Shown: positions 1 to 8,970 of the stretch, in pieces
Position numbering within the stretch: the stretch's first letter is position 1
How the letters are laid out: each line of letters begins with the position of its first letter
Source of the DNA: Clostridia bacterium
GTDB lineage: Bacteria > Bacillota > Clostridia > Oscillospirales > CAG-272
Direction: 5' to 3'
Length of the DNA stretch: 64,000 nt
NCBI GenBank assembly: GCA_017397175.1
Contig: JAFQKA010000052.1
Span: 3,001 to 67,000 of the forward strand
Program-made: the position numbers and the translations under genes
The notes under the pieces: generated by a model
Told to the model about the DNA's origin: nothing
Databases searched by the model: none
The model's input: only the letters and a program-made list of their open reading frames with translations

Positions 1-434
1 GGCTGTTTTTTTCTTTTCTTCATGTCATAGACGGGAATATTGAAGGGCGGCAGAAAAACGTTTCTGCCTTCTTTTATTATTTCTGCCAGCTTTTTGATCA
101 TTCCGTCAGACAGGGTAACTGGTTCCCGAGAAAAGCCGTCCAGAAGAGCGGAATCCGACTCGAAGCCGATGATAATGACCTCCGGGGAGCTTTCCGAGTC
201 GCATTTGAGGGAGTGCTCCGAGTTGCAACGGTGGATTATCATTTTGTGACGTGTCAAAATCCCCGTGTAATCCTCGGATGTCACGTGCATTCGACCCGAA
301 TTTACGAAAACCAATTCGAAAAAAGGGTGCTTTTCCCCTTTTGTTTCAAAATCCGGCTTGAATTCGAAAAAGTGCAGATTGACGATTCCCGTTACCGATA
401 TTGAATTTTCTAAGCTTTTACTTACGTATTTCAT
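1..434 (-). CDS. Probable AraC-family regulator, N-terminal cupin-like part only; the 3' end runs off the window
   Basis: Absent from the ORF track because it is open at the window edge. The reverse complement from ATG 434..432 reads without a stop to position 1: MKYVSKSLENSISVTGIVNLHFFEFKPDFETKGEKHPFFELVFVNSGRMHV... It is divergent from the 565-2845 operon. The HTH part is not visible. Confidence 0.45.
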   Translation of the reverse strand, partial: MKYVSKSLENSISVTGIVNLHFFEFKPDFETKGEKHPFFELVFVNSGRMHVTSEDYTGILTRHKMIIHRCNSEHSLKCDSESSPEVIIIGFESDSALLDGFSREPVTLSDGMIKKLAEIIKEGRNVFLPPFNIPVYDMKKRKKQ

Positions 435-564
435 ACATTAAGAGTAGCACAAAAACATTCGTTTGTCAATAAATAAATTTACGAAAAGACAAAAAACATT
501 GACGATTATGCAAATACAAAAGAAAAAAATCCATGTATAATAAAATAAAAAACGGAGGTTTATT

Positions 565-1737
565 ATGAACAGAGTTTGTATCCCCGACTATGAATATCGT
601 GAAAGAGTACAGAGAGCGGCGAAGATGCTTCGTGACGCCAACATTGACGTTATGGTGGTTGCTTCCACCGAGAGCGATTATGCAAACGCCAGATATTTCT
701 CCGGCTTTTGGCCTCTATTCGAGCGCGCAGGCGTTGCCATCAGCGCAAACGGTGATGCGGCGCTTCTGGTTGGCCCCGAATCCGCGATCTTCGGAAAAGA
801 CGTGAGCCGTCTTGACAAGATCTTCGTTCTCAAGGAGTTCCGCGAGTCCGCAGACCCCTCTTATCCCGAGCTGAAGGCTGACACATTCCGGGACGTTTTC
901 AATTCCATTGGCGTTCACGGTGAACACATCAAGATCGGTCTCGGAAGCTACGTTGAGTGTACCCTTCCTATTTTTGAGGGGCTCAAGGATTCCTTTCCTC
1001 AGGCTGAGATAGTTCGCTGCAACGATATTATGGTAAATCTGAGAAAGATCAAGAGTGAAAACGAGCTTGCCTGCATCCGCGAGGGATTCAGAATTATCGA
1101 GCTTGCCACCGACGAGGTTATCCGCAATCTGAAGCCCGGTGTCACCGAGTTGCAGATGGTTGGAGTTGCTCAGCGTGTGATCTATGAAAACGGCGCAGAA
1201 TATGAGGGCCTTCCCATGTACGTGTTCAGCGAGGAGAGCACCCGTCACGCAATCAGCCGTTCGGGTTACAGACAGATCGGCAAAAACGACATCGTTCAGC
1301 TGAACCTGTCTGCAAAGATCGACGGATATTCTCCCAGTATCGGTCTTCCCGTTGTTATGAGCCGTCTTGAGGGCGAACGCCGTGAGCTTGTTGAGTTCTG
1401 CCGTCAGATGCACGAATGGACGGGCGAGCAGATCCGCGCAGGCGTTGTTGCAAGTGACATCGCAAAGGAATTTTTGCAGAAGTATAAGGACGCAGGCTAC
1501 GAGAAAAACTACGTTTACGGTCCCTGCCACGGCACGGGTATGATCGAGGTTGAAGCGCCTTGGATGGAGACCAACACCGATTACGTTCTTGAAGAAAACA
1601 TGACTTTCCAGGTGGATACCTTCATTTCCGGTCCCACCTTCGGATGCCGTTGGGAGAAGGGTATTGCCGTCAAGCGCGACGGAATCGAATCCTACACCGA
1701 TTACCTGAAAAAGGGTATTATTGAATTGGAGTTTTAA
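565..1737 (+). CDS. M24-family hydrolase with creatinase/prolidase fold (N-terminal creatinase/prolidase domain + pita-bread domain)
   Basis: 390-aa ORF with RBS GGAGG 7 nt upstream. The CHGTGM..EVEAPW, MTFQVDTF and RWEKGIAV blocks align by eye to M24 motifs. The usual Asp ligands appear replaced (QLNLS, YSPSIG). Confidence 0.8.
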   Translation: MNRVCIPDYEYRERVQRAAKMLRDANIDVMVVASTESDYANARYFSGFWPLFERAGVAISANGDAALLVGPESAIFGKDVSRLDKIFVLKEFRESADPSYPELKADTFRDVFNSIGVHGEHIKIGLGSYVECTLPIFEGLKDSFPQAEIVRCNDIMVNLRKIKSENELACIREGFRIIELATDEVIRNLKPGVTELQMVGVAQRVIYENGAEYEGLPMYVFSEESTRHAISRSGYRQIGKNDIVQLNLSAKIDGYSPSIGLPVVMSRLEGERRELVEFCRQMHEWTGEQIRAGVVASDIAKEFLQKYKDAGYEKNYVYGPCHGTGMIEVEAPWMETNTDYVLEENMTFQVDTFISGPTFGCRWEKGIAVKRDGIESYTDYLKKGIIELEF

Positions 1738-1740
1738 AAC

Positions 1741-2100
1741 ATGGTTTGCGGCAAGAAAAATTGGATAATTCCCGACTGCGAGCTTCCGCCCGAGGGCGAG
1801 GGGATCATGAAGGGACACGAAAGCGTGATTATCGTAAACGACAGCAAAGAGAAGGCGACTGTAAAGGTCAAGCTTTTCTTCGTTGACCGGGAGCCTTACG
1901 AGGGCATTACCTGGACGGTGGAACCGAACAGAGTAAAGTGCTTTCGCATGAATAATCCCGATGATATGTCGGGCTACGTGGTGGAAAAGGAAATACAGTA
2001 CGCCATGAAGCTTGAAAGTGACACCAGGATCGTGGTTCAGTACGGCAGACTTGACAACAGGCAGACCAATCTTGCATACTACACAACGCTTGGTTATTGA
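1741..2100 (+). CDS. Sensory-rhodopsin-transducer (ASRT, PF07100-like) family protein
   Basis: 119 aa. It matches Anabaena ASRT / TM1070 from memory along its whole length: NWIIPDCELPP, HESVIIVN, VKVKLFF.DREP, VVQYGRLDNRQTNLAYYTTLGY. There is a 3-nt gap to the upstream gene. Confidence 0.7.
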   Translation: MVCGKKNWIIPDCELPPEGEGIMKGHESVIIVNDSKEKATVKVKLFFVDREPYEGITWTVEPNRVKCFRMNNPDDMSGYVVEKEIQYAMKLESDTRIVVQYGRLDNRQTNLAYYTTLGY

Positions 2101-2110
2101 GGAGGAAAAT

Positions 2111-2845
2111 ATGATACTTGATCATTCATTCCCCAAAGAAATGAAATACGTGCAGGAAAAGAAGATTCCTCTGGTAATTCCCGCGGGAACGGTGGAATAC
2201 CACGGTCCTCACTGCTCTTACGGCTGTGACACTCTGGTGGCAGAGGGACTTGTCAAAAAGCTGGCTGAGAAAAAGGAGATAATGATAGCTCCCACTATCA
2301 GCTACAGCCCTTCAAGCTACGCGGTAGGTGATAGCAAAAGCGGCACGGTCCACGTAGAGGAGACTGCCTTTGAGAACTACGTTTACTACGTGTTCATGAG
2401 CCTGCTCTCGGCAGGATACAGAAACATATACGTTCTCATTCATCATCAGTTTGAGCAGGAGAGCGAGATGCCTATGACATTGTGCTACCGTATGGCGGCA
2501 AAGAGAGCAACCATGGCGTATCTTGAAAAGACACTCGGTCAGGGCTGGTGGGGAAGCGAGAGCTATGCCAGCTACTACGATCAGCTTGAGGGAGAGGACA
2601 ATCCTTTCAACTGGATAAAGGTCATTCCCACTATGAGCTGTGGGGTGCAGAACGCCACGGGTTACGATCACGCAGGCAAATACGAGTGCTCGATCCTCAT
2701 GTCCCTCTATCCCGATTGCGTAAAGCTCGACAGGATAGACGACGTAAAGCATTGGTTTACGGAAAGCGCAAGAGAGGCGAATAAGGCCTTGGGCGACGAA
2801 ATGGTGGAAAAGTCACTGGAATACCTGAAAAATACGATCATATAA
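2111..2845 (+). CDS. Creatininase (creatinine amidohydrolase) family protein
   Basis: ATG at 2111 lies behind GGAGGAAAAT; the track ORF from 2012 overlaps the previous gene. Motifs GTVEYHGPH (ExHGxH) and DHAGKYECS (HAGxxE) are present. Confidence 0.75.
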   Translation: MILDHSFPKEMKYVQEKKIPLVIPAGTVEYHGPHCSYGCDTLVAEGLVKKLAEKKEIMIAPTISYSPSSYAVGDSKSGTVHVEETAFENYVYYVFMSLLSAGYRNIYVLIHHQFEQESEMPMTLCYRMAAKRATMAYLEKTLGQGWWGSESYASYYDQLEGEDNPFNWIKVIPTMSCGVQNATGYDHAGKYECSILMSLYPDCVKLDRIDDVKHWFTESAREANKALGDEMVEKSLEYLKNTII

Positions 2846-2846
2846 T

Positions 2847-2875
2847 AAAAAAGACGGCGAAAGCCGTCTTTTTTA
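2847..2875. terminator. Bidirectional intrinsic terminator
   Basis: AGACGGC-GAAA-GCCGTCT stem flanked by an A-run and a T-run, between convergent genes. Confidence 0.8.
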
Positions 2876-3133
2876 TTATATCTGCTTATGGACGCTTTTG
2901 TATTCGTCGTAATACTTGTAATAAGGGCATTCGCGGGCGCCCATATAGCTGACGCGCACCATTTCGTCCTCGTCCAAGGACATCACGCAGCGGTATTCCT
3001 CATATTCCTCGTCATAGTCGAAGAACTGGCAGGTCTCGCAGGACGCCGCCATTTTTCTCATTGACGGCAGCTCCTTTTTCTGCTTTTCACGTTCCGCTTT
3101 GGGGATATACCGTGTTTTTCCGTATTCTTCCAT
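2876..3133 (-). CDS. Small Cys-containing protein (possibly DUF6472-like)
   Basis: 85 aa with CETCQFFDYDEEYEEYRC...ECPYY. It is the last gene of the cysE-cysS string, 11 nt after the GtrA-like gene. Confidence 0.6.
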   Translation of the reverse strand: MEEYGKTRYIPKAEREKQKKELPSMRKMAASCETCQFFDYDEEYEEYRCVMSLDEDEMVRVSYMGARECPYYKYYDEYKSVHKQI

Positions 3134-3144
3134 GCTCGTCCTCC

Positions 3145-3558
3145 TTATTTCTTTCGGAAAACCAGGAGTTTTCCGAAAATATAGTTGAGGATAATGACCA
3201 GAACCGACGAGAGGAGCAGCACTGCCAGCTCACTCAGCTTCATACCATCGTAGAGAATGACCATCATAAGCTCTTGCACCCCGAGAGAGATAAGCCGTCC
3301 CGCCACGAACTCGCCTGCTTCAATGAGAACGTTTTTCGTCCCTTTGTTTTCACTTTTGAAAACAAAAATTCGGTTTGTGACGTATGCAAATGCCACGGCG
3401 CATACCCAGGCAATGACCTTTGAAACGTAAAGATTTACGTCAAGGAGATAGACCAGGGACAGGGAAACGGCAAAATCCACTGCCGTTGTTCCCACGCCGA
3501 AAACAAGGTACAAAATTATCTCTCGGTGCCGTGCAAAAAGCTCTTTCAGCTTACCCAT
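3145..3558 (-). CDS. GtrA-family membrane protein
   Basis: The internal ATG at 3558 gives 137 aa: MGKLKELFARHREIILYLVFGVGTTAVDF...YVTNRIFVF, with four TM segments. The longer track ORF (to 3786) overlaps cysS. Confidence 0.75.
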   Translation of the reverse strand: MGKLKELFARHREIILYLVFGVGTTAVDFAVSLSLVYLLDVNLYVSKVIAWVCAVAFAYVTNRIFVFKSENKGTKNVLIEAGEFVAGRLISLGVQELMMVILYDGMKLSELAVLLLSSVLVIILNYIFGKLLVFRKK

Positions 3559-3559
3559 A

Positions 3560-4969
3560 TCAACCGATCTTGTAGGTGGTTCCCTCGCGGCTGTCAAGAA
3601 GCGTAACGCCCCTGTCCGCAAGGTACGCACGGATACGGTCTGCCTCGGCGAAGTTCTTTTCCTTCTTTGCCGCCGCGCGCTCAGCGATGAGACGCTCGAT
3701 CTCTGCGGCAAATTCGGGGTCGATGGCGGGGGTTTCGTCCTCTGCGACGCGCTCTCTTGTGAGGTCGAGTGAAAGGACGCGGTCAAAGTCTTCGATCAGA
3801 GCCTTCTTTGTGGCGTCGTTCGTGTCAGCCTTGAGAACGTCGTAAAGAGCCGTTACTGCCAGAGAAGTATTGAGATCGTTATCAAGGGCCTCAACGAAAC
3901 GAGCTTTGTACTCGTCGAATTTAGCCTGATCTACATCGCCGTCATTCTTCAGTGCCGCGATCTTTGCAAGAAGCTTTGTGAACGCTCCTGCCGCGTTGTC
4001 AAGGTTTTCATAGGAGAATACCAAAGACTTGCGGTAGTGGGACTGGAGGCAGAAGAAACGGTACGCCAAAGGATCGTAGCCCTTCGATTCGAGAAGGGAG
4101 ACCGTCAGAAATTCACCCTTGGATTTGGACATCTTTCCGCCCGTCGTGTTCAGGTGATGAACGTGGAACCACTGAGGGCACCATTCGTGACCCAGATATG
4201 CCTCGGATTGCGCCACCTCGTTTGTGTGGTGAGGGAAGGCGTTGTCAATACCGCCGCAGTGAATGTCCAGGCGCTCGCCCAAGTGCTTCATTGAAATGCA
4301 AGAGCATTCGATGTGCCAGCCGGGGTAGCCAACGCCCCAAGGGGAATCCCACTTGAGAGCCTGGTCCTCAAACTTGGATTTTGTAAACCAAAGAACGAAA
4401 TCGTTCTTGTTTTTCTTGTTGTCGTCGGCTTCAACGCCCTCGCGCACGCCCACTTCCAGGTCGTCCTCGTCGAAGTTGTTGAAGATATAATACTGCTTTA
4501 ATTTGGAGGTGTCGAAATATACGTTTCCGCCGGCAATATAGGCGTAGCCCTTTTCGATAAGACCCGAAACGACCTTGATGAAATCGTCAATGCAGCCCGT
4601 GGCGGGCTCGACCACGTCGGGGGTCTTGATGTTCAGCTTTTCGCAGTCGGTAAAGAACGCGTCGGTGTAATATTTTGCGATCTCCATGACCGTTTTGTGC
4701 TCTCTCTTTGCGCCCTTGAGCATCTTGTCTTCACCCGTGTCCGCGTCGGAGGACAGGTGTCCCACGTCTGTAATATTCATGACGCGCTTCACCTCGTAGC
4801 CCGAATATCTGAAATACTTTTCAAGCACGTCCTCCATAATGTAAGAGCGCAGGTTTCCGATGTGGGCAAAATGATATACCGTAGGGCCGCAGGTGTACAT
4901 TTTCACCTTGCCCGGCTCATAGGTCTTGAATTCGTCTCTTGTTCTTGTAAGTGAGTTATATAAAAGCAT
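3560..4969 (-). CDS. cysS: Cysteine--tRNA ligase
   Basis: HIGN (HIGH) and KMSKS motifs. Start MLLYNSLTR at 4969, 1 nt after the cysE stop. Confidence 0.95.
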   Translation of the reverse strand: MLLYNSLTRTRDEFKTYEPGKVKMYTCGPTVYHFAHIGNLRSYIMEDVLEKYFRYSGYEVKRVMNITDVGHLSSDADTGEDKMLKGAKREHKTVMEIAKYYTDAFFTDCEKLNIKTPDVVEPATGCIDDFIKVVSGLIEKGYAYIAGGNVYFDTSKLKQYYIFNNFDEDDLEVGVREGVEADDNKKNKNDFVLWFTKSKFEDQALKWDSPWGVGYPGWHIECSCISMKHLGERLDIHCGGIDNAFPHHTNEVAQSEAYLGHEWCPQWFHVHHLNTTGGKMSKSKGEFLTVSLLESKGYDPLAYRFFCLQSHYRKSLVFSYENLDNAAGAFTKLLAKIAALKNDGDVDQAKFDEYKARFVEALDNDLNTSLAVTALYDVLKADTNDATKKALIEDFDRVLSLDLTRERVAEDETPAIDPEFAAEIERLIAERAAAKKEKNFAEADRIRAYLADRGVTLLDSREGTTYKIG

Positions 4970-4970
4970 T

Positions 4971-5711
4971 TTATTGTCCTTCCTTCTCTTTGTTCTTTTC
5001 TTCAAGCTCGCGGAGCCGCTCGTCTATCCGCGACAACTCCTGTGCAACAGGGTCGGGAATGTGTACCTGGTCAAGATCCTGGGTCTTGACACCGTCGCGG
5101 CGGACCACTTTTGCAGGAATGCCCACTGCCGTGCAGTTGTCGGGGATCTCGGTCAGGACTACCGCACCTGCGGCTACCTTGGAGTTGTCACCGATACGCA
5201 TGGGACCGAGGATTTTTGCACCCGCGCCTACCATTACGTTGTTACCGAGAGTAGGGTGGCGCTTGCCCGTGTCCTTACCCGTACCGCCAAGGGTGACCCC
5301 CTGGTAGATGGTGCAGTCGTCGCCGATCTCGGTGGTCTCACCGATGACTACCGCCGCGCCGTGGTCGATGAAAAAGCGTCTTCCGATGGTGGCACCGGGG
5401 TGTATCTCAATGCCCGTAAAGAATCTTGCAAGCTGGCTCACGGCTCTTGCGCTGAAATAGTGCTTTGAGGTATAGAGCTTGTTTGAGACGCGGTAGGCGA
5501 TGATGGCGTGAAGTCCCGAATAAAGGAGAAGGACTTCCACGTTGTTTCTTGCCGCAGGGTCTCGCTCGCGAATGACCTCGATTTCTTCTTTGATGTCGGC
5601 CATGATATCGCGGCTGTTTTTTATTGCCGCACGGCTCACTTGGACTGTCTTTTTCGCAACTTGCCCAAGGTCTCTTTTCAGAGCCTCTGTATCAATCTTG
5701 ATTTTCTTCAT
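4971..5711 (-). CDS. cysE: Serine O-acetyltransferase
   Basis: Hexapeptide-repeat region (GATIGRRFFIDHGAAVVIGETTEIGDDCTIYQGVTLGG) and an RBS AGGAG. Confidence 0.9.
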   Translation of the reverse strand: MKKIKIDTEALKRDLGQVAKKTVQVSRAAIKNSRDIMADIKEEIEVIRERDPAARNNVEVLLLYSGLHAIIAYRVSNKLYTSKHYFSARAVSQLARFFTGIEIHPGATIGRRFFIDHGAAVVIGETTEIGDDCTIYQGVTLGGTGKDTGKRHPTLGNNVMVGAGAKILGPMRIGDNSKVAAGAVVLTEIPDNCTAVGIPAKVVRRDGVKTQDLDQVHIPDPVAQELSRIDERLRELEEKNKEKEGQ

Positions 5712-5721
5712 AAAAATCTCC

Positions 5722-5975
5722 TAAAAAACAAAGCCCCCGTACCAAAAGGTACAGAGGCGCAAATGCACGGTTCCACTCTGCTTTGCCCGAAGTGGTCGGG
5801 CAATCTCTAAAAGACCTTAACGGGGTCAGGCGGCCGGGACTACGCAAGTTTTCTGAAAACTCTTCGCCCAAGCGTCTCACGGAGGCACAGCCCGACGCCC
5901 TGCCGCCAATGCTCACACCAAACGCAAAGGCTCTCTTTTGCACGGTCTTGTCGGATTCTTTCCGTTCACAGACTT
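5722..5975 (-). promoter_or_regulatory. T-box leader (probably Cys-specific) with intrinsic terminator
   Basis: On the minus strand: AGAGAG near the 5' end, T-box sequence CAGAGTGGAACCGTG (5766-5781), then terminator CCTCTGTACC-TTTT-GGTACGGGGG + U-run (5723-5757). CTGTGCC in the Stem I region offers UGU/UGC specifier candidates. Confidence 0.8.
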
Positions 5976-5981
5976 TATTAC

Positions 5982-6010
5982 ATTATATAGCAAAAAAACA
6001 AAAATGTAAA
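5982..6010 (-). promoter_or_regulatory. Sigma-A-type promoter of the T-box/cysE operon
   Basis: Minus strand: TTTACA-17 nt-TATAAT. Confidence 0.6.
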
Positions 6011-6042
6011 TACTTTTTTTGAAAAAACTTTTTCGGAGACTT

Positions 6043-6075
6043 AAAAAGCCGAATCGACGGCATAAAGCCGTCGAT
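6043..6075 (-). terminator. Intrinsic terminator after the aminotransferase gene
   Basis: ATCGACGGC/GCCGTCGAT stem followed by a U-run on the minus strand. Confidence 0.7.
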
Positions 6076-6088
6076 CATCAGCTTTTAT

Positions 6089-7375
6089 TTAAGCATTTTC
6101 AAGCAGTTTTTTGGTTGCCGCCAGCTTCGTGCAGCAAACAAGGACTTCCATTGCCGCCATCAGCTCGTCGTTTGAGGGGAAGGTGGGAGCAATTCTGATA
6201 TTGCTGTCACAGGGGTCGATACCGTAGGGGTAGGTAGCACCGACGTCGGTCAGGGTCACGCCTGCCTCTTTTGCGAGGCGGTAGGTCTCCTTTGCGGTGC
6301 CGTTCATGACGTTGAGGCTTACAAAGTAACCGCCCACGGGCTTTGTCCAAGTGGCGATTCCCGTACCGTCAAGATGCTCGGAGAGGATCTCCAGAACGAT
6401 CTCGAACTTGGGACGGATTATCTTCGCAAGATCCGCCATGTGGTCGTGAATATTTGCGGCACTCTTGAAATATTTTACGTGACGGATCTGATTGATCTTA
6501 TCAAATCCGATGGTCTGAACGCCCATAATAGGCTTGATCTGCTTGAGATTTTCTACGCTTGCGGCAAACATTGCAACACCCGAGCCGGGGAAAGATATTT
6601 TGGAGGTGGAAGCAAAGTAGAATACTATATCCTCGTTTCCGTACTCACGTGCCAGGGCGAAAATGTCGGCCAAGGTATCCTTTTTGTCCGCGTACAGATC
6701 GTGAACCGCATAAGCGTTATCCCAGAAGATTCTGAAATCGGGAGCCGCGGGTTTTAACGCTGCAAAACGGCGAACCGTTTCGTCGGAATAAGTGATTCCC
6801 TCGGGATTTGAATACTTGGGACAGCACCAGATACCCTTGATAGACTTGTCAGAAGAAACAAGCTTTTCCACCTGATCCATGTCGGGGCCTGTTGAGGTCA
6901 TCGCAACGGTGATCATCTCGATGCCAAGAGACTTGCAGATGGCAAAATGGCGGTCGTAGCCGGGCGCGGGACAGAGGAATTTGACTTTTTCCTCTTTACA
7001 CCAGGGTCTCTCGCTGCCAACAACGCCGTAAAGCATTGCTCTTGCCACCGAGTCGTACATAAGGTTAAGGCTGGAGTTTCCCGCAACTATCAGCATTTCC
7101 TGCGGGATACCGTAAAGCTCGGAGAAGAGCTTTTTTGCCTCGGGAATACCGTCAAGCAGACCGTAGTTTCTGCAATCTATTCCTGCCTCTGACTGACAGT
7201 CGGCGGAGGTGGAGATGACGTCCAGCATACCGGAAAGCAGGTCAAGCTGCTCCTTTCCGGGTTTTCCGCGGGAAAGGTCGAGAGAGAGACCAAGCTCGCG
7301 GTAACGGTCGTACTGCTTTTGAAGTTTTATACACTGCTTTTCAAGCTCCTGCACGGAGAGTGACGAATATTCCAT
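6089..7375 (-). CDS. PLP-dependent aminotransferase (class I/II fold)
   Basis: Start [11 protein letters not shown] at 7375. The [11 protein letters not shown] block is a candidate PLP-lysine site. The gene lies 69 nt downstream of asnS on the same strand. Confidence 0.8.
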   Translation of the reverse strand: MEYSSLSVQELEKQCIKLQKQYDRYRELGLSLDLSRGKPGKEQLDLLSGMLDVISTSADCQSEAGIDCRNYGLLDGIPEAKKLFSELYGIPQEMLIVAGNSSLNLMYDSVARAMLYGVVGSERPWCKEEKVKFLCPAPGYDRHFAICKSLGIEMITVAMTSTGPDMDQVEKLVSSDKSIKGIWCCPKYSNPEGITYSDETVRRFAALKPAAPDFRIFWDNAYAVHDLYADKKDTLADIFALAREYGNEDIVFYFASTSKISFPGSGVAMFAASVENLKQIKPIMGVQTIGFDKINQIRHVKYFKSAANIHDHMADLAKIIRPKFEIVLEILSEHLDGTGIATWTKPVGGYFVSLNVMNGTAKETYRLAKEAGVTLTDVGATYPYGIDPCDSNIRIAPTFPSNDELMAAMEVLVCCTKLAATKKLLENA

Positions 7376-7444
7376 CTGAAAATACCTTCTTCTAAGAAAT
7401 TTGCACCTCTCGACATCTGCCCGAGAGGGCATTGAATTGCAAAA

Positions 7445-8839
7445 TTAAAATTCCGCATTTCCCGTAGTTCTCGGGAAAAGCTCAACGTCACGGATGTTGG
7501 AGATGCCCGTGATGTACATAATAAGTCTCTCGAAACCGAGACCAAAGCCTGCGTGCTTGGTTCCTCCGAACTTTCGAAGCTCAAGATACCACCAGTAGTC
7601 CTTTTCGTCAAGACCGAAGTTCTCAAGAGCACGGAGAAGCATATCAAGTCTTTCCTCACGCTGAGAGCCGCCGATAAGCTCGCCTACACCGGGAACAAGC
7701 ATATCCATAGCCGCAACGGTCTTGCCGTCGTCGTTCAGACGCATGTAGAACGCCTTGATCTCCTTGGGGTAGTCTGTGACAAACACGGGGCCGCCGATAA
7801 TGTGCTCGGTGAGGTATCTTTCGTGCTCTGTCTGCAGGTCGATTCCCCATTCAACGGGGTTCTCAAACTTCTGACCGCTCTTCCGGAGCAGCTCGATAGC
7901 TTCCGTATAGGTTACGTGACCGAATTCGCTGTTGACCAGCTTGTTGAGACGTTCAAGCACCGTTTTATCAACTCTCTGGTTGAAGAATTCAAGTTCCTTC
8001 GGGCACTGCTCCATAACGTAGCGGAGAACGAATTTTACCATGTCCTCTGCCAGCTTCATGTCGTCCTTGAGGTCAGCAAATGCGATCTCGGGCTCGACCA
8101 TCCAGAACTCTGCCGCGTGTCTCTGTGTGTTTGAGACCTCTGCGCGGAAGGTGGGGCCAAAGGTGTAGATTCCGCCGTAAGCCAGTGCCATGCACTCTGC
8201 GTTGAGCTGGCCCGAAACCGTAAGGCTCGCCTTCTTGCCAAAGAAATCCTTTGAATAATCAACCGCGCCGTCCTCTGTCATGGGAGGATTTACGGGGTCA
8301 AGGGTGGTCACGCGGAACATCTCGCCCGCACCTTCACAGTCGGATGCTGTGATAAGGGGGGTCTGAGCGTAAACGAATCCTCTGTCCTGGAAGAACTTGT
8401 GGATAGCGTAAGCCGCCACCGAGCGGACTCTGAACGCCGCATAGTATGTGTTTGCTCTGGGGCGCAGATGCGCGATTGTACGCAGATACTCGGGTGTGTG
8501 TCTCTTGTTCTGAATGGGGTAGTCGGGGGTGGAAGTTCCCTCGACCTCAACGGACGTTGCGTGAAGCTCAAAAGGCTGAGGCGCGTCGGGGGTGAGTGTG
8601 ATCTTACCCTTTACGATAAGCGCCGCGCCGATGTTCTGAGACGCGATCTCCTTGTAGTTGTCGATAACGGTGCTTTCAATTACGACCTGGAGAGGTGTAA
8701 AGTAGCTACCGTCGTTGAGCATGATGAAGCCAAATGCGTTGCTGGTACGAATGTTGCGCGCCCAGCCCGCAACGGTTATTTCCTTGTCCGCAAATGTTGC
8801 GGGAGCTGCAAAAATTGATTTGATTGTAATTCTTTCCAT
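7445..8839 (-). CDS. asnS: Asparagine--tRNA ligase
   Basis: Start [10 protein letters not shown] gives 464 aa. Class IIb motifs [12 protein letters not shown] and GFGLGFERL are present. Confidence 0.95.
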   Translation of the reverse strand: MERITIKSIFAAPATFADKEITVAGWARNIRTSNAFGFIMLNDGSYFTPLQVVIESTVIDNYKEIASQNIGAALIVKGKITLTPDAPQPFELHATSVEVEGTSTPDYPIQNKRHTPEYLRTIAHLRPRANTYYAAFRVRSVAAYAIHKFFQDRGFVYAQTPLITASDCEGAGEMFRVTTLDPVNPPMTEDGAVDYSKDFFGKKASLTVSGQLNAECMALAYGGIYTFGPTFRAEVSNTQRHAAEFWMVEPEIAFADLKDDMKLAEDMVKFVLRYVMEQCPKELEFFNQRVDKTVLERLNKLVNSEFGHVTYTEAIELLRKSGQKFENPVEWGIDLQTEHERYLTEHIIGGPVFVTDYPKEIKAFYMRLNDDGKTVAAMDMLVPGVGELIGGSQREERLDMLLRALENFGLDEKDYWWYLELRKFGGTKHAGFGLGFERLIMYITGISNIRDVELFPRTTGNAEF

Positions 8840-8906
8840 GGTGGTTTTATAAGTCCCTTTCTTAATTATTTCGGTATAATCCACCGTTTACGATACATTA
8901 AGCGAT

Positions 8907-8935
8907 ATTATATCAGTTAAACGGCAAAAATGCAA
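8907..8935 (-). promoter_or_regulatory. asnS promoter
   Basis: Minus strand: TTGCAT-17 nt-TATAAT. The leader is about 60 nt, too short for a T-box. Confidence 0.6.
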
Positions 8936-8970
8936 TATTATGTTGGTTGATTTTTCAAATTGTTCACAAT

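Noticed and set aside
3559-3786. Longer 213-aa version of the GtrA-like ORF, and longer versions of cysS (to 5005), the aminotransferase (to 7432), asnS (to 8884), the helicase (to 11427), malQ (to 33283), luxS (to 54842), nrdR (to 59367) and mnmA (from 59818).
   Set aside because: The extensions overlap upstream genes or lack an RBS. The internal starts have Shine-Dalgarno sequences and give family-typical N-termini and lengths.
8840-8970. T-box leaders upstream of asnS, and upstream of proS at 37570-37620.
   Set aside because: The leaders are only about 60 and 45 nt after clear promoters. There is no T-box sequence and no terminator/antiterminator.
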